The translations under genes and the position numbers were made by a program. A stretch of 64,000 nt of DNA, taken from the NCBI GenBank assembly GCA_050010755.1, contig JBEKKK010000001.1, positions 224,001-288,000 of the forward strand. The letters run 5' to 3'. The notes below the pieces were generated by a model that did not search any database, had not been told where the DNA came from, and worked only from the letters and a program-made list of their open reading frames with translations. The DNA is from Candidatus Bathyarchaeia archaeon (GTDB taxonomy: Archaea > Thermoproteota > Bathyarchaeia > Bathyarchaeales > Bathycorpusculaceae). Of this stretch, positions 18,602 through 28,315 are shown piece by piece. The stretch's first letter is position 1; each line of letters starts with the position of its first letter.

Positions 18602-18609
18602 CACGCGCT

Positions 18610-19242
18610 TTATTTCTGCGCATCCTTCGGAGAAATGACTTCGACAGGACCGTTAGGGCTAGTTTCTTCTGCTATGACACACTGAAACTTGTATACTTTC
18701 GTCCCCTGTCGAAGCCAATAGTCCGAGAGCAAACCAGCTTTGTTACAACATTGACACAAGAATTCCTGTGCATCCCAACCCCACTCAACCGGCACTTGAG
18801 GCAGCAACAGTCCCTTGTACATGCCACTCTCAACGATGAGCCCGTCCTCACCCACCTTGACTTCGGTGCAGTATTCTTTTGGATTCTTTGCTTTTATCAG
18901 ACTTGGAGGAGTGAGAACGCTCACTTCGAAGACCACATGTTCAAGTTCGCCTAGAGACATGGGGGAAAAACGTGGGTCTTGAGTCGCAGCGTTGATTGCC
19001 GAGTCAATTACAGCCCGCGCCAAAGGCAAAGTGGGATACGGGAAGCCAATGCATCCTCTCAGTTCCTTTTCTCCGTTTGATATGCTGTTTATCGTGACGA
19101 AAACGCCGCTTGGCTGCAGGAGCTTTTCAGACACGTCCTTTGGAACATCTATGCATTTTCTTGTTCTTAGGTAGTGCTCGACGGCTTTGCGGGCGAGTTG
19201 GACGAGGAAAGTTCCTTCCTCCGAGTTTAGTTTAGATTGCAA
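18610..19242 (-). CDS. AMMECR1 / TIGR00296 family protein
   Basis: GVFVT, LRGCIG, DPRF, EVSVLTPP, GLLLPQV. Confidence 0.95.
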   Translation of the reverse strand: MQSKLNSEEGTFLVQLARKAVEHYLRTRKCIDVPKDVSEKLLQPSGVFVTINSISNGEKELRGCIGFPYPTLPLARAVIDSAINAATQDPRFSPMSLGELEHVVFEVSVLTPPSLIKAKNPKEYCTEVKVGEDGLIVESGMYKGLLLPQVPVEWGWDAQEFLCQCCNKAGLLSDYWLRQGTKVYKFQCVIAEETSPNGPVEVISPKDAQK

Positions 19243-19311
19243 TCCCGTTTCCCCCGTTGATGGCTTATGCTGATGCGCACGTTTAAGTGTTTAAGGGTTT
19301 GAGAATTGGAG

Positions 19312-19932
19312 CTAAAACTTTGTTGATTCTTCTTGTATCCCGTCTCTGGTTATTATCAGAAAATCTGTTCCGTCGCCGCTCATGATGTCCCTGCTTATGG
19401 CGCTTTTCATGGCTTTGACCACGAGCTCTTTTGCCTCTTGGGCACTCATGTTGTCTTTGTATCCTTCTTCTATAACTCCCATAGCGAGCTCCGTTCCAGA
19501 GCCCACAACAGTATACTTGTCAGGCAGCACTGACCCTAGCGGATCAAGCGAATAGAGTGATGGGCCTTCATCGTCTATTCCGCCCACTATCGTCTGAGTG
19601 ATTAGCGGCCCCAGGCGACGGTTGAAGAGCAGGTTTGACATCAGCTTCGCCGTTGATCTCACGGTGATAGGTCTTCCAGCGTCGAGAACAAACAGGTTCA
19701 CGTAGGCTTCCACCTCCCTAACCAGAACCTGCATGTCTGAAACCAATCCAGCGCAGGCTGCACCGATCAGGTCAGTTATCTTGAAAACTTTCTTGCCGGT
19801 CTTGCTGACGATGAGGTAACCGTACGAGACACGTTTCTCGGATGCCAGGATGACGCCATCTTTGAACGTTACTCCAATGGTCGTTGCTCCTGGAATGAAC
19901 ATGTAACCGTCCTGTTGCGATTGTTTCTCCAC
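19312..19932 (-). CDS. psmB: proteasome beta subunit
   Basis: PGATTIG..FKDGVILASEKR, AGLVSD, GSG, RDIMSGDG; GTG start at 19932 or 19941. Confidence 0.92.
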   Translation of the reverse strand: MEKQSQQDGYMFIPGATTIGVTFKDGVILASEKRVSYGYLIVSKTGKKVFKITDLIGAACAGLVSDMQVLVREVEAYVNLFVLDAGRPITVRSTAKLMSNLLFNRRLGPLITQTIVGGIDDEGPSLYSLDPLGSVLPDKYTVVGSGTELAMGVIEEGYKDNMSAQEAKELVVKAMKSAISRDIMSGDGTDFLIITRDGIQEESTKF

Positions 19933-20009
19933 GTCGGACACCTTTCTCGCTTTTATACACGGACAACCTATTAAACTTGATGTCCCAGGATATCTGGGTG
20001 GAGTGGAAT

Positions 20010-20609
20010 CGAATGGTGGGTGTTTATGCGCGAAAAGTTGGAGACGCGTGGTTCGGTGTCGCGTTCGAGGGTAAGCGGATCTATGCCACAGGATTTGGCT
20101 CAAACAAAGAAGGTGTTCTTCAAAGCCTGCGGGCGAGTGTTCCATCGAATGTTCCATTTCAGTTTTCGAACGAACCCTCAGCGTTTGTCGACCGCATCAT
20201 TGCCGTTTTGAAGGACGTCTACGATGGAAAGGACGTTTCACAGAATTTTGTATTCGAAACGAAGCATTTATCTAACTACGCCAAAGACGTAATCGAAACC
20301 GCCTGTCTTATCCCTCCGGGCTACGTTGCTTCTTATGGGGGAGTAGCTGATGCAGCAGGTGGAAGCCCCAGGGCCATTGGACGCGTAATGGCAACAAACC
20401 CTTTTGCGCCACTCTGTCCGTGTCACAGAGTTGTCGCCTCGGATTTCAGCCTATGCGGCTACGGCGGAGGCTTAGATGTGAAACTGGCCTTCTTAAAGCG
20501 GGAAAAAAGAGGCCATCTTTCAAAGAAATTAGTGGACGCAAGGAGCGGAAAGCTCGAATTGTTTCCCGTCGAGCTTGTGTTGGATAGGGCAGAGAAGAGT
20601 AAATGCTGA
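20010..20609 (+). CDS. ogt: methylated-DNA--protein-cysteine methyltransferase
   Basis: IPPG.VASYG, PRAIG, PCHRVV, GYGGGL..K. Confidence 0.9.
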   Translation, partial: RMVGVYARKVGDAWFGVAFEGKRIYATGFGSNKEGVLQSLRASVPSNVPFQFSNEPSAFVDRIIAVLKDVYDGKDVSQNFVFETKHLSNYAKDVIETACLIPPGYVASYGGVADAAGGSPRAIGRVMATNPFAPLCPCHRVVASDFSLCGYGGGLDVKLAFLKREKRGHLSKKLVDARSGKLELFPVELVLDRAEKSKC

Positions 20610-20642
20610 TTGGTCTTGAACTCGTAACGCAGATGGCGGCCT

Positions 20643-21170
20643 TTGATGGCTAAACGCGGATTGTACGTTGGAAGGTTTCAGCCGTTTCATTTAGGTCACC
20701 TGAGCGCGGTGAAGAGCGTTCTGAAGGACGTGGAAGAACTCGTCATAGTCATCGGCAGCGCACAGTACAGTCACACCACGGCCAATCCATTCACTGCAGG
20801 CGAAAGGTTAATCATGATCCGAAAGGCGCTGGACGAGGCGGGTTTAGATTACAGTCGAATCTGGATCGTACCTGTGCCCGACGTGCACCTACACATGCTC
20901 TGGGTTGCCGCATTAGAAGGATACACTCCCAAGTTTGAAATCGTGTACACCAATGAACCTCTAACGCGAAGGCTTTTTACGGAGGCCGGATACAAAGTTA
21001 AGCAAATTCGCTTCTTCGAAAGAAAAGTCTATTCTTCGACAGACATCAGGGCAAAGATGATTAAAAACGAAGAGTGGAAGAAGCTCGTTCCCAAGAGCGT
21101 CGCGGCCTTCATAACAGAGATAGACGGAGTGAACAGACTCACCGACCTGACAAAGAGCGATAAAGTTTAA
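20643..21170 (+). CDS. nadM: nicotinamide-nucleotide adenylyltransferase
   Basis: GRFQPFHLGH, GSAQ.SH..NPFTAGER, SSTDIR. Confidence 0.95.
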   Translation: MMAKRGLYVGRFQPFHLGHLSAVKSVLKDVEELVIVIGSAQYSHTTANPFTAGERLIMIRKALDEAGLDYSRIWIVPVPDVHLHMLWVAALEGYTPKFEIVYTNEPLTRRLFTEAGYKVKQIRFFERKVYSSTDIRAKMIKNEEWKKLVPKSVAAFITEIDGVNRLTDLTKSDKV

Positions 21171-21321
21171 CCCAACTAGCCAAACCGCCACTACGGTCAC
21201 GCGCGCGATCGATCGGATGGACAAGGGCTCCAACGGAATACCTCTGAGATGAGAGCAATGCATTATACGTGAAAAAGCGGGCGTGTGTGGCAGGAGAACA
21301 CTAAATGTTGGTTTCCATCCC

Positions 21322-22227
21322 TTAAGTCACGAGTGGTTTCGGTTCTTTACCGACCTCAATCACCCTGCCGCTGTAATTTAGTACAAACTGTTCTGGGAAC
21401 GCCTTCCACAATTCTGCTTCTGATTTGAAACCGGTGCAATGGCATGGTGAAATGAGCTTCAACCCAGTTAATCCAAGGATAGTCTTCTCTACGTAGTTGT
21501 CGGTTCTCTCCACCAAATGTGTTCCTCCTGCGAATCCATAGATGGTATCGACTCCGGCCAGTCTTTTCACGTGGTTCAGAGTGTTTATCAAGCCTGAGTG
21601 ACAGCATCCTGTAACAACAAAGCATCCTATGCCCTCCACGACTGTGAACAGCGACTGATCATCCAGTATGTGGTCTGCCACTTCCCTGCCGTCTACGTTG
21701 ACTACTAACCGTTCATCCTTGCCAAGAGGTACAGGGTCTTCAAACGAATTCCGCGGTATTTCTCCGGTCGTCCACAAGCCCGGAACAACTTCAACCGGTT
21801 CTCTGCTAAGCACTATCTTACCGCCGGCTGCCTCGACCTTTTCGAGATTCTGTTTCTTGGGGACGCCGATCTCCATCCGTTTGCCATGAGCATCAATGAA
21901 TACATGCGGCAGAAACGCATACGGATGAGCATACACTCTTGTTTCTTTAGCGGATCTCACTGATTCAACGATCGCCCCCGTGTGATCGTGATGGCTATGA
22001 CTCAGCACGAGACAATCCAGGCCAGTTAAGTCCACCTTCAAAACTCGAATGTTGAACAACAATGCCTCGGGAGCCAGCCCTGTGTCAAAAAGGATGCTTC
22101 TGCTTTTTCCATTTGCATCAGCAAGGTTCAAGAGGCAACTGAATCCCCACTCACCGAGACACCCAGGCCCTGCGAGATTATCCGCTAGAGTGGTAATCTT
22201 CAAACTTTTCACAGAATTGACTTTCAT
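21322..22227 (-). CDS. MBL-fold metallohydrolase (COG1237-like)
   Basis: LFDTG, SHSHHDHTG, DDQSL, GCCHSG, GGTHL, PCHCTG. Confidence 0.85.
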   Translation of the reverse strand: MKVNSVKSLKITTLADNLAGPGCLGEWGFSCLLNLADANGKSRSILFDTGLAPEALLFNIRVLKVDLTGLDCLVLSHSHHDHTGAIVESVRSAKETRVYAHPYAFLPHVFIDAHGKRMEIGVPKKQNLEKVEAAGGKIVLSREPVEVVPGLWTTGEIPRNSFEDPVPLGKDERLVVNVDGREVADHILDDQSLFTVVEGIGCFVVTGCCHSGLINTLNHVKRLAGVDTIYGFAGGTHLVERTDNYVEKTILGLTGLKLISPCHCTGFKSEAELWKAFPEQFVLNYSGRVIEVGKEPKPLVT

Positions 22228-22397
22228 AAGTAACCATAGCTTACAAACCCGTTATAAGAGTTTGACAAACACAACGTTGCTGGCAATTGCACCGCCGCAC
22301 GCTACGTATAGTCTGATCGCGCTTTTGAAGATAGTCACAAAAGACCTTCAAAGAAGACTGTGGACGAGTCATATCTACTGACGCTTGCCTTCTCGGC

Positions 22398-23189
22398 CTA
22401 GCTAATCACAACTTTGTCATCGATCTGAGTTTTGAAAGTCTTCGCGGCGTTGCCTTGATTTACAGAGATTTCGAGGAAATTGTGGCTCCCGATGATTGCC
22501 AATGGTCGCCCCTTTCCGACATCACCATAGGCGATGCAAAACGTCGACCTTAGCTTGGTGCCGCCAACCTTGACATTCAGTTTGTCCTTGATTTTCGTTG
22601 TCTTGAGTTCTTTTTCTGTGAAATTTGTGATTATATTTCCGAAATCATCTATGTAAATGACCTGACCTTCCAACCCGTTTTTTCTCTTAGCAATCTTCGC
22701 AAACTTCGGCAATACCATTTGTTGAATCTCCGGACCAAATTCAGCCGGACATGCGCCCTTCGCTAAATAAGCAGCTGCTGGCGCGAATATGTCTCTTCCA
22801 TGAAAGGTGCTGGAGACCCTTGACAACATTAATGCGCTATTGGTTATGCCGTAGATACGAATCTTTTCGCCAATGTTTTTCACGGCTAGGCCTAACACAC
22901 CGTTATCGGGCCCGACAAAGAAGCATTTGTTCGTCTGCACGATTATGGGTCGTCTTTTTGTTCCGACGCCAGGATCCACGATTGCTACGTGAACCGTGCC
23001 GTTTGGGAATTGAGGAGCTGCACAGGCCAATACATATGCGCCCATTCTGACATTAAACTTCTCGATTTGGTGAGTTATGTCAACAACCGTTGCGTTTGGG
23101 ATTATGCTCAGAATCACTGCTTTCATTTCTGCTGCATAGGAGTCTCTCAATCCAAAATCCGTAGTCAGAGTGACTAATGGATAATCCAT
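22398..23189 (-). CDS. SAM hydroxide adenosyltransferase (DUF62; chlorinase/fluorinase family)
   Basis: TLTTDFG, VDPGVGT.R, GPDNG, STFHGRDIFAP, IDDFGN, EISVNQG. Confidence 0.93.
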   Translation of the reverse strand: MDYPLVTLTTDFGLRDSYAAEMKAVILSIIPNATVVDITHQIEKFNVRMGAYVLACAAPQFPNGTVHVAIVDPGVGTKRRPIIVQTNKCFFVGPDNGVLGLAVKNIGEKIRIYGITNSALMLSRVSSTFHGRDIFAPAAAYLAKGACPAEFGPEIQQMVLPKFAKIAKRKNGLEGQVIYIDDFGNIITNFTEKELKTTKIKDKLNVKVGGTKLRSTFCIAYGDVGKGRPLAIIGSHNFLEISVNQGNAAKTFKTQIDDKVVIS

Positions 23190-23278
23190 GCTACTCTTTT
23201 TGTAAACAGGGCATTAATTAGATTTGCAGGAATAGGGAGCCGCCTGTTTCTGGATGCTGTTTCTCAATCAGGAGTTCG

Positions 23279-23695
23279 CTACGACACTTCGTGTGAGAAG
23301 ACTTTGACCGTTTCATAAACCGATGTTGCTGCCGCGACGCTAATAACCACTAATGAGAATATGTAATCCCTTGTCAATATGGGCGGTCTGAGAAAAACTG
23401 CGAGCATAATGAGGGAGGTTATTAGGAATATCATGTAGAAGAAATTCCTCGGTATCAGTATTCTCCTGAAACGAATCAGGTTTTCGAGGATTACTCTATC
23501 AGCAATGTATCCGTTCGCTTCTTTCTTGATGAGTCCAGCTTCTTCAAGCTTGTTCATGTGGTAAAGCGCAAGCGTAGGACTGCTCAGGTTCAGTGCTCTC
23601 TGAACCTCACGAATTCCAACTGGTCTTTCGCTCCTAAGAACGAACTTGTAAACTTTTAATGTGAGTCCTCTGAGAACTTCTTTCTGTTCACCCAC
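23279..23695 (-). CDS. wHTH transcription regulator with two C-terminal TM helices
   Basis: GIREVQRALNLSSPTLALYHMNKLEEAGLI followed by two hydrophobic helices. Confidence 0.75.
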   Translation of the reverse strand: MGEQKEVLRGLTLKVYKFVLRSERPVGIREVQRALNLSSPTLALYHMNKLEEAGLIKKEANGYIADRVILENLIRFRRILIPRNFFYMIFLITSLIMLAVFLRPPILTRDYIFSLVVISVAAATSVYETVKVFSHEVS

Positions 23696-23824
23696 GACTT
23701 TCCAGTCTCCGTATAAAAAGAGCTGCTTCTTTTTATTTGGCTATTGCTGTTCAAATCCCTTGTACACCTGTGCAAAAACGTAGAGTTAAATCATTCACTG
23801 ATTACTCAATATTTGGTGGCGTGA

Positions 23825-24652
23825 GTGGACGTAAAGAAAGAACTATTACTGACGTCACTACTTGCCATAACTCTTGCCGTAGGTCTCGGAGCGTTGAGTT
23901 TCGGCCTTTTTTCTGAGACCACTCCTAACGTTCAAATCGACGTTTCTGCCACGAAGAACGGGGTTGCCGGCCTCTCCTTTCTCCCTGAAGACCAAGTCTT
24001 TATCGAGGCGCACGTATCGAGCAATAACGCCTCGGTAGTTGGCACCCCAGTTAATTTCGAGGTTAAATCGCCGAACGGCACTGACTTTCCCGTGCAACAA
24101 ACCCAACCAGTCCGTACTAATAGCCTTGGAATAGCGAACATCACCTTCCAGATACCCTGGCCTTCAGACTGGGCTTCAGTCCTCTCCCCAGAAAGCATGT
24201 GGGTACTAGGCACGTGGCAAACAAAGGCGACAGCTAAAGCCTATGGACAAACACTCGACGCCACGACAAACTTCACCTGCGAAACCCTGACGCCCACGAT
24301 AGATCTATACACTGAGAAAGGCGGGCGCGGACCAAACGCGCCAAGCGGAAACTTCACAACCGACGAAACAGTGACAGCCTATGTCGAAGCCCGAGATGAG
24401 TTGAATCAAACCGTCCCCAGCCTACCTGTAGGTTTTGAGAGTCTAAAATATCAAGCAGTTGATAACATTCCCACAATTAGTTCCAACGCGACGGACGCCC
24501 TCGGAATTGCATCCTTCAACGTGCGCTACCCGGGCAACCTGAATGCCCCAACCGCATATGAAGACATCGCGACTGCTCCTTATTCGTCCGCCCTTAACAT
24601 GAACATGACACTGACGGACAGCATGATAATCATCGTGCAACCCAGCGGCTGA
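23825..24652 (+). CDS. secreted/membrane-anchored protein with two Ig-like repeats
   Basis: N-terminal TM; repeated motifs 'V.FEV...TNSLGIANITF' and 'VGFE...TDALGIASFNV'. Confidence 0.6.
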   Translation: MDVKKELLLTSLLAITLAVGLGALSFGLFSETTPNVQIDVSATKNGVAGLSFLPEDQVFIEAHVSSNNASVVGTPVNFEVKSPNGTDFPVQQTQPVRTNSLGIANITFQIPWPSDWASVLSPESMWVLGTWQTKATAKAYGQTLDATTNFTCETLTPTIDLYTEKGGRGPNAPSGNFTTDETVTAYVEARDELNQTVPSLPVGFESLKYQAVDNIPTISSNATDALGIASFNVRYPGNLNAPTAYEDIATAPYSSALNMNMTLTDSMIIIVQPSG

Positions 24653-24685
24653 GTTAATAGAGCAAGACCACTCTATGTTAAGATT

Positions 24686-25444
24686 TCAGACTTTGAACGT
24701 ATTCATGAAGATGCAATCTTTTAGGGGCATCATCATTTCTTCTGAAACATGAACGTCATCGTCGAAATCCACTGGAGCATCTTTGATGAGAACAACAGGA
24801 GTCTTCTCTGCAGCTTCGCCCATCAACAAATGAGCCGCTGAAGCCAAATCATCCGCCACAGCATGCCTTGTAATGAGTATAGTCCTTCCGTACAAGTCTT
24901 TTCTGCCTCTCCACTCCCTTATCGGGTTGAAGCCCGCAACCCCTAAAGCCAATCCTACCGTGCCTATCCGAAGCGGAACCAAACCACTATCAACGACAAT
25001 CACAGCGACCCGCTTCCCGGTTCTGCGGTTGATTCCGCCTCTGAAAGCCGTCAACCATTCAGCAAGGTTCTCAGGCCACAAGACGGCTGAACCGATAGGG
25101 GCGTTCTTGTTGTCTATTCCTGCATTCGGTGTGATAACACTGTCTTTTAGAGTTAGGACGGCCTTTTCGACACCGCCGTAAACCTTTCCGGCTTCACGAA
25201 GAATAAGCTCTGCAAATTCTGGCTCCAGCGAGTATTTCTTTGCCATTTGCCTAGCCTTTTTCGAGGGCCTCACATCGCTCAGTTTGACGACACGACCTTG
25301 AGAATAGGCCACTATTTTCGACGCCAATGCTAAGACGTCATCATTCTCAACTTCAAGGTGTTGTTTTTCCAAAGCTTCATGAACTAGTTCAGCCAAATCA
25401 TCGCCAGGTCTTACAATGCGCGTTCTGACGGGGAACAGGCGCAT
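24686..25444 (-). CDS. cofE: coenzyme F420-0:L-glutamate ligase family
   Basis: PGDDL, SKIV..SQGR, NAGID..N, DLYGR..IT..AVADDLASAA.L.MGE..E.TP. Confidence 0.85.
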   Translation of the reverse strand: MRLFPVRTRIVRPGDDLAELVHEALEKQHLEVENDDVLALASKIVAYSQGRVVKLSDVRPSKKARQMAKKYSLEPEFAELILREAGKVYGGVEKAVLTLKDSVITPNAGIDNKNAPIGSAVLWPENLAEWLTAFRGGINRRTGKRVAVIVVDSGLVPLRIGTVGLALGVAGFNPIREWRGRKDLYGRTILITRHAVADDLASAAHLLMGEAAEKTPVVLIKDAPVDFDDDVHVSEEMMMPLKDCIFMNTFKV

Positions 25445-25450
25445 GCACTC

Positions 25451-25735
25451 TCATCCTCCGTGCACGATTGGAACAAAAACCATTTCGTCTCCATCTTTGA
25501 TTGCCGTTTCGAAATGGTCCAATACGCTCATCTCTCGTCCGTTCACGAGTATAAGCAGGTTTGTTTTCGGGTTTCCAGATTCTGGATCGATCAAAGCTAG
25601 CTGAAGTTTGGGCAGTTCTTCGGTGATCATCTTGATGACGTTTCTCATCCGACATGGTCTTTCAAGTCTGAGTTCAAGCGTGTCTTTGCCAGAGAGACTG
25701 CGGAAAGAACCAATGAACTTAACGCTTACAGCCAT
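25451..25735 (-). CDS. MoaD/ThiS/SAMP ubiquitin-like protein
   Basis: ILVNGRE, DGDE and C-terminal VHGG. Confidence 0.9.
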   Translation of the reverse strand: MAVSVKFIGSFRSLSGKDTLELRLERPCRMRNVIKMITEELPKLQLALIDPESGNPKTNLLILVNGREMSVLDHFETAIKDGDEMVFVPIVHGG

Positions 25736-25752
25736 TCTTTGTCCCTTCCCAA

Positions 25753-27129
25753 TCACAAAACCACTATTGCAGACACATCGTTGACGTTCGTGCCCGTGGG
25801 TCCTGTGAAGATGAGGTCGCCGAGTTTTGAAAAGAAGTGATACGAATCATTTTCCGCCAGAAACTTTTCAGGAACCAAACCCATCTTTAGAGCCCTTGTT
25901 ATCGTCTTCCCATCGATAACCGCTCCAGCCGCATCCGTCGGTCCGTCTACACCGTCTGTACTAAGAGAAGCCAGCACTATTCCCTCGGATCCTTTGAGTC
26001 GTGCGGCAGCAGCTAATGCCAATTCTTGGTTTCTTCCACCCAGCCCCTTTCCGGTTACGGTCACTGTCGTTTCTCCGCCCGCAACTATGCCTGCTGGCTT
26101 TGGAGCAGGATGAGCAGAAACTGAAACTTCCGAGCCGATTGACGCTAGCATGGTGCCTATATGTCGAGCTTCCCCCTCCAATGTTGCCGTCAACATAAGC
26201 GCGTGGAGCCCATCAGTTTTCAGCTGTTCATAGGCGGCTGAGGTTGAAGATCTGTTGTTTCCTATCACGACGTTGTGAACCTTTCTGAATGCTTTGTCTC
26301 TGGCCTTGGGAGTTTCCGGGATGAGCCCTTTCTTTCCTTCTGACAACACTTTTCTTATTGACTCTGGAGCCGCAGCCCATAGATTGTACTTCTTGAGTAT
26401 GGCTATGGCTTCGTTGAACGTTGTTGAGTCTGGGACTGTTGGGCCAGAAGCAATGAAATCTAGAGGATCGCCCACAACATCGGAGAGGATGAGATTGAGA
26501 ATCGTCGCGGGATAAGCCTTTTTCGCCAGCCAACCACCTTTGAAATCTGAAATGTGTTTCCGAACTGTGTTCACCTCGTTTATGGTTGCCCCTGACTTCA
26601 ACAGAGCCTGAGTCATCTCCTTTTTATCTGCAAGGGAAATCTTCCCACGGGGGAGAGGCATCAAGCTTGAGCCACCCCCGGAAATCAAACATATGATTAA
26701 ATCGTTGCCTTCTGCTTGTTCCACTATCTCAAGCATCTGGCGAGTTCCTTCAACTCCCGCCTCGTCTGGAACCGGATGGTTAGCTTCGTGGAGCTTGATT
26801 CTGCTTGTCCTGTTTGTGCTGCCGTGAAGAACATTGACGACCCCGCCTGTCAATCGGTCGCCCAGTATCTGTTCAACAGCTTCAGCCATTGATCCGCTTG
26901 CTTTGCCACCGCCCACAACGTATACTTTCTTCAGTTTCTCCAGATTGAAAGAGAGACTATCAACATTCAGTATCGAGTCGTGAAAAAGAAGCTTTGATTT
27001 CAACAACCGCTTTGGGTCGGCCGCGTTCAAGGCAGTTTCAAGACTCGTCAAAGCCAACCTCCTTGCTTCTCGGTTGAGCCTAGTCTCCCCGTTCTCGACC
27101 AGCTGCGCCTTGTTCTTAATCGCGATCAT
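25753..27129 (-). CDS. glycerate 2-kinase (MOFRL family)
   Basis: GGGKAS, HPVPD, ISGGGSSL, SDVVGD..IASGPT, GGETTV, GGRNQE, TDGVDG, TGTNVND. Confidence 0.93.
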   Translation of the reverse strand: MIAIKNKAQLVENGETRLNREARRLALTSLETALNAADPKRLLKSKLLFHDSILNVDSLSFNLEKLKKVYVVGGGKASGSMAEAVEQILGDRLTGGVVNVLHGSTNRTSRIKLHEANHPVPDEAGVEGTRQMLEIVEQAEGNDLIICLISGGGSSLMPLPRGKISLADKKEMTQALLKSGATINEVNTVRKHISDFKGGWLAKKAYPATILNLILSDVVGDPLDFIASGPTVPDSTTFNEAIAILKKYNLWAAAPESIRKVLSEGKKGLIPETPKARDKAFRKVHNVVIGNNRSSTSAAYEQLKTDGLHALMLTATLEGEARHIGTMLASIGSEVSVSAHPAPKPAGIVAGGETTVTVTGKGLGGRNQELALAAAARLKGSEGIVLASLSTDGVDGPTDAAGAVIDGKTITRALKMGLVPEKFLAENDSYHFFSKLGDLIFTGPTGTNVNDVSAIVVL

Positions 27130-27224
27130 CCATATAGCCCGATACGCTTTTTCAATAGTTAGTGCGTAAGTGTAATAAGTCAACGCTAATAAAATATTCC
27201 GCAAATCAATGTCTGGTGAACTGC

Positions 27225-28229
27225 ATGCCAAAACTGAGGATTTATGTCACGAGGCAAATGCCGGAGAGAGGTTTGATGATAATAAGGAAGTACTTCGAGA
27301 CTGAAGTGTGGCCGGAGTATGCCCCGCCCCCGAAGAAGACGATTATAGAAAAAGCCAAGAATGTGGACGCCCTTGCCACACTTTTGTCTGACAAGATAGA
27401 CGCCGAAGTTTTTGACGCCGCGCCGAAATTGAAGATTGTCTCACAGATGGCTGTGGGCTTCGACAACATCGACCTGAAAGAAGCCACTAAGAGAGGAATC
27501 TATGTCACGAACACGCCTGAGGTGCTGACCGATACCACCGCAGACTTTGCATGGGCTTTGCTCATAGCTGTGGCGAGAAGAGTCGTTGAGGCAGACAAGT
27601 ATGTTCGCACGGGTCAATGGAAGGTCGGTTGGCATCCTGACATGATGACGGGCCGGGATGTTCACAACGCAACTATAGGCATCGTGGGCGCTGGCAGAAT
27701 AGGCTATGCGATGGCGAAGAGAGCAAAAGGATTCGACATGAAGATTCTCTTCTACGATGTCATCCCACGACCCGAGATGGAGAAAGATTTTGGTGCAAAA
27801 CGCATGGATCTTGATGAACTATTGCAGCAAGCAGACTTCGTCAGCATACACGTTCCGCTCATGAAAGAAACGCAACACTTAATGAACGAACAAAGATTTA
27901 GAATGATGAAGAAAACGGCCTACTTGATAAACAATTCACGTGGCCCAGTTGTCGACGAGAAGGCCCTGTACAAGGCATTGAAAGAAGGCTGGATCGCAGG
28001 CGCAGGAATCGACGTTTTCGAACAAGAACCAGCAACATTGGACAACCCTCTGCTCAAGCTTGACAACGTTGTCCTCGCTCCACACATTTCAAGCGCAAGC
28101 CTCGAGACCCGCGCGAAAATGGCCGAAATGGTAGCAGACAACCTCGTTTCGTTCTTTGAAGGAAAGAAACCGCCAAACCTTGTCAACCAAGACGTTATGA
28201 AAGTGCGTCCACTATCGAAGCAAATTTAA
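27225..28229 (+). CDS. gyaR: glyoxylate/hydroxypyruvate reductase
   Basis: AVGFDNID, TNTPEVLT, GAGRIG, NSRG.VVDE, DVFEQEP, PHISSA. Confidence 0.9.
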   Translation: MPKLRIYVTRQMPERGLMIIRKYFETEVWPEYAPPPKKTIIEKAKNVDALATLLSDKIDAEVFDAAPKLKIVSQMAVGFDNIDLKEATKRGIYVTNTPEVLTDTTADFAWALLIAVARRVVEADKYVRTGQWKVGWHPDMMTGRDVHNATIGIVGAGRIGYAMAKRAKGFDMKILFYDVIPRPEMEKDFGAKRMDLDELLQQADFVSIHVPLMKETQHLMNEQRFRMMKKTAYLINNSRGPVVDEKALYKALKEGWIAGAGIDVFEQEPATLDNPLLKLDNVVLAPHISSASLETRAKMAEMVADNLVSFFEGKKPPNLVNQDVMKVRPLSKQI

Positions 28230-28315
28230 ACGTGAAATCATAGACTTTGCCGCAAATAGTTAAATACCACTTTTCTTCTTACCTTCAATTTCCTTTCAAA
28301 AACAAGGTGACCAAT

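Noticed and set aside
19933-20157. Long N-terminal extension of psmB overlapping ogt
   Set aside because: Non-conserved; both genes have internal starts (19932 and 20010).
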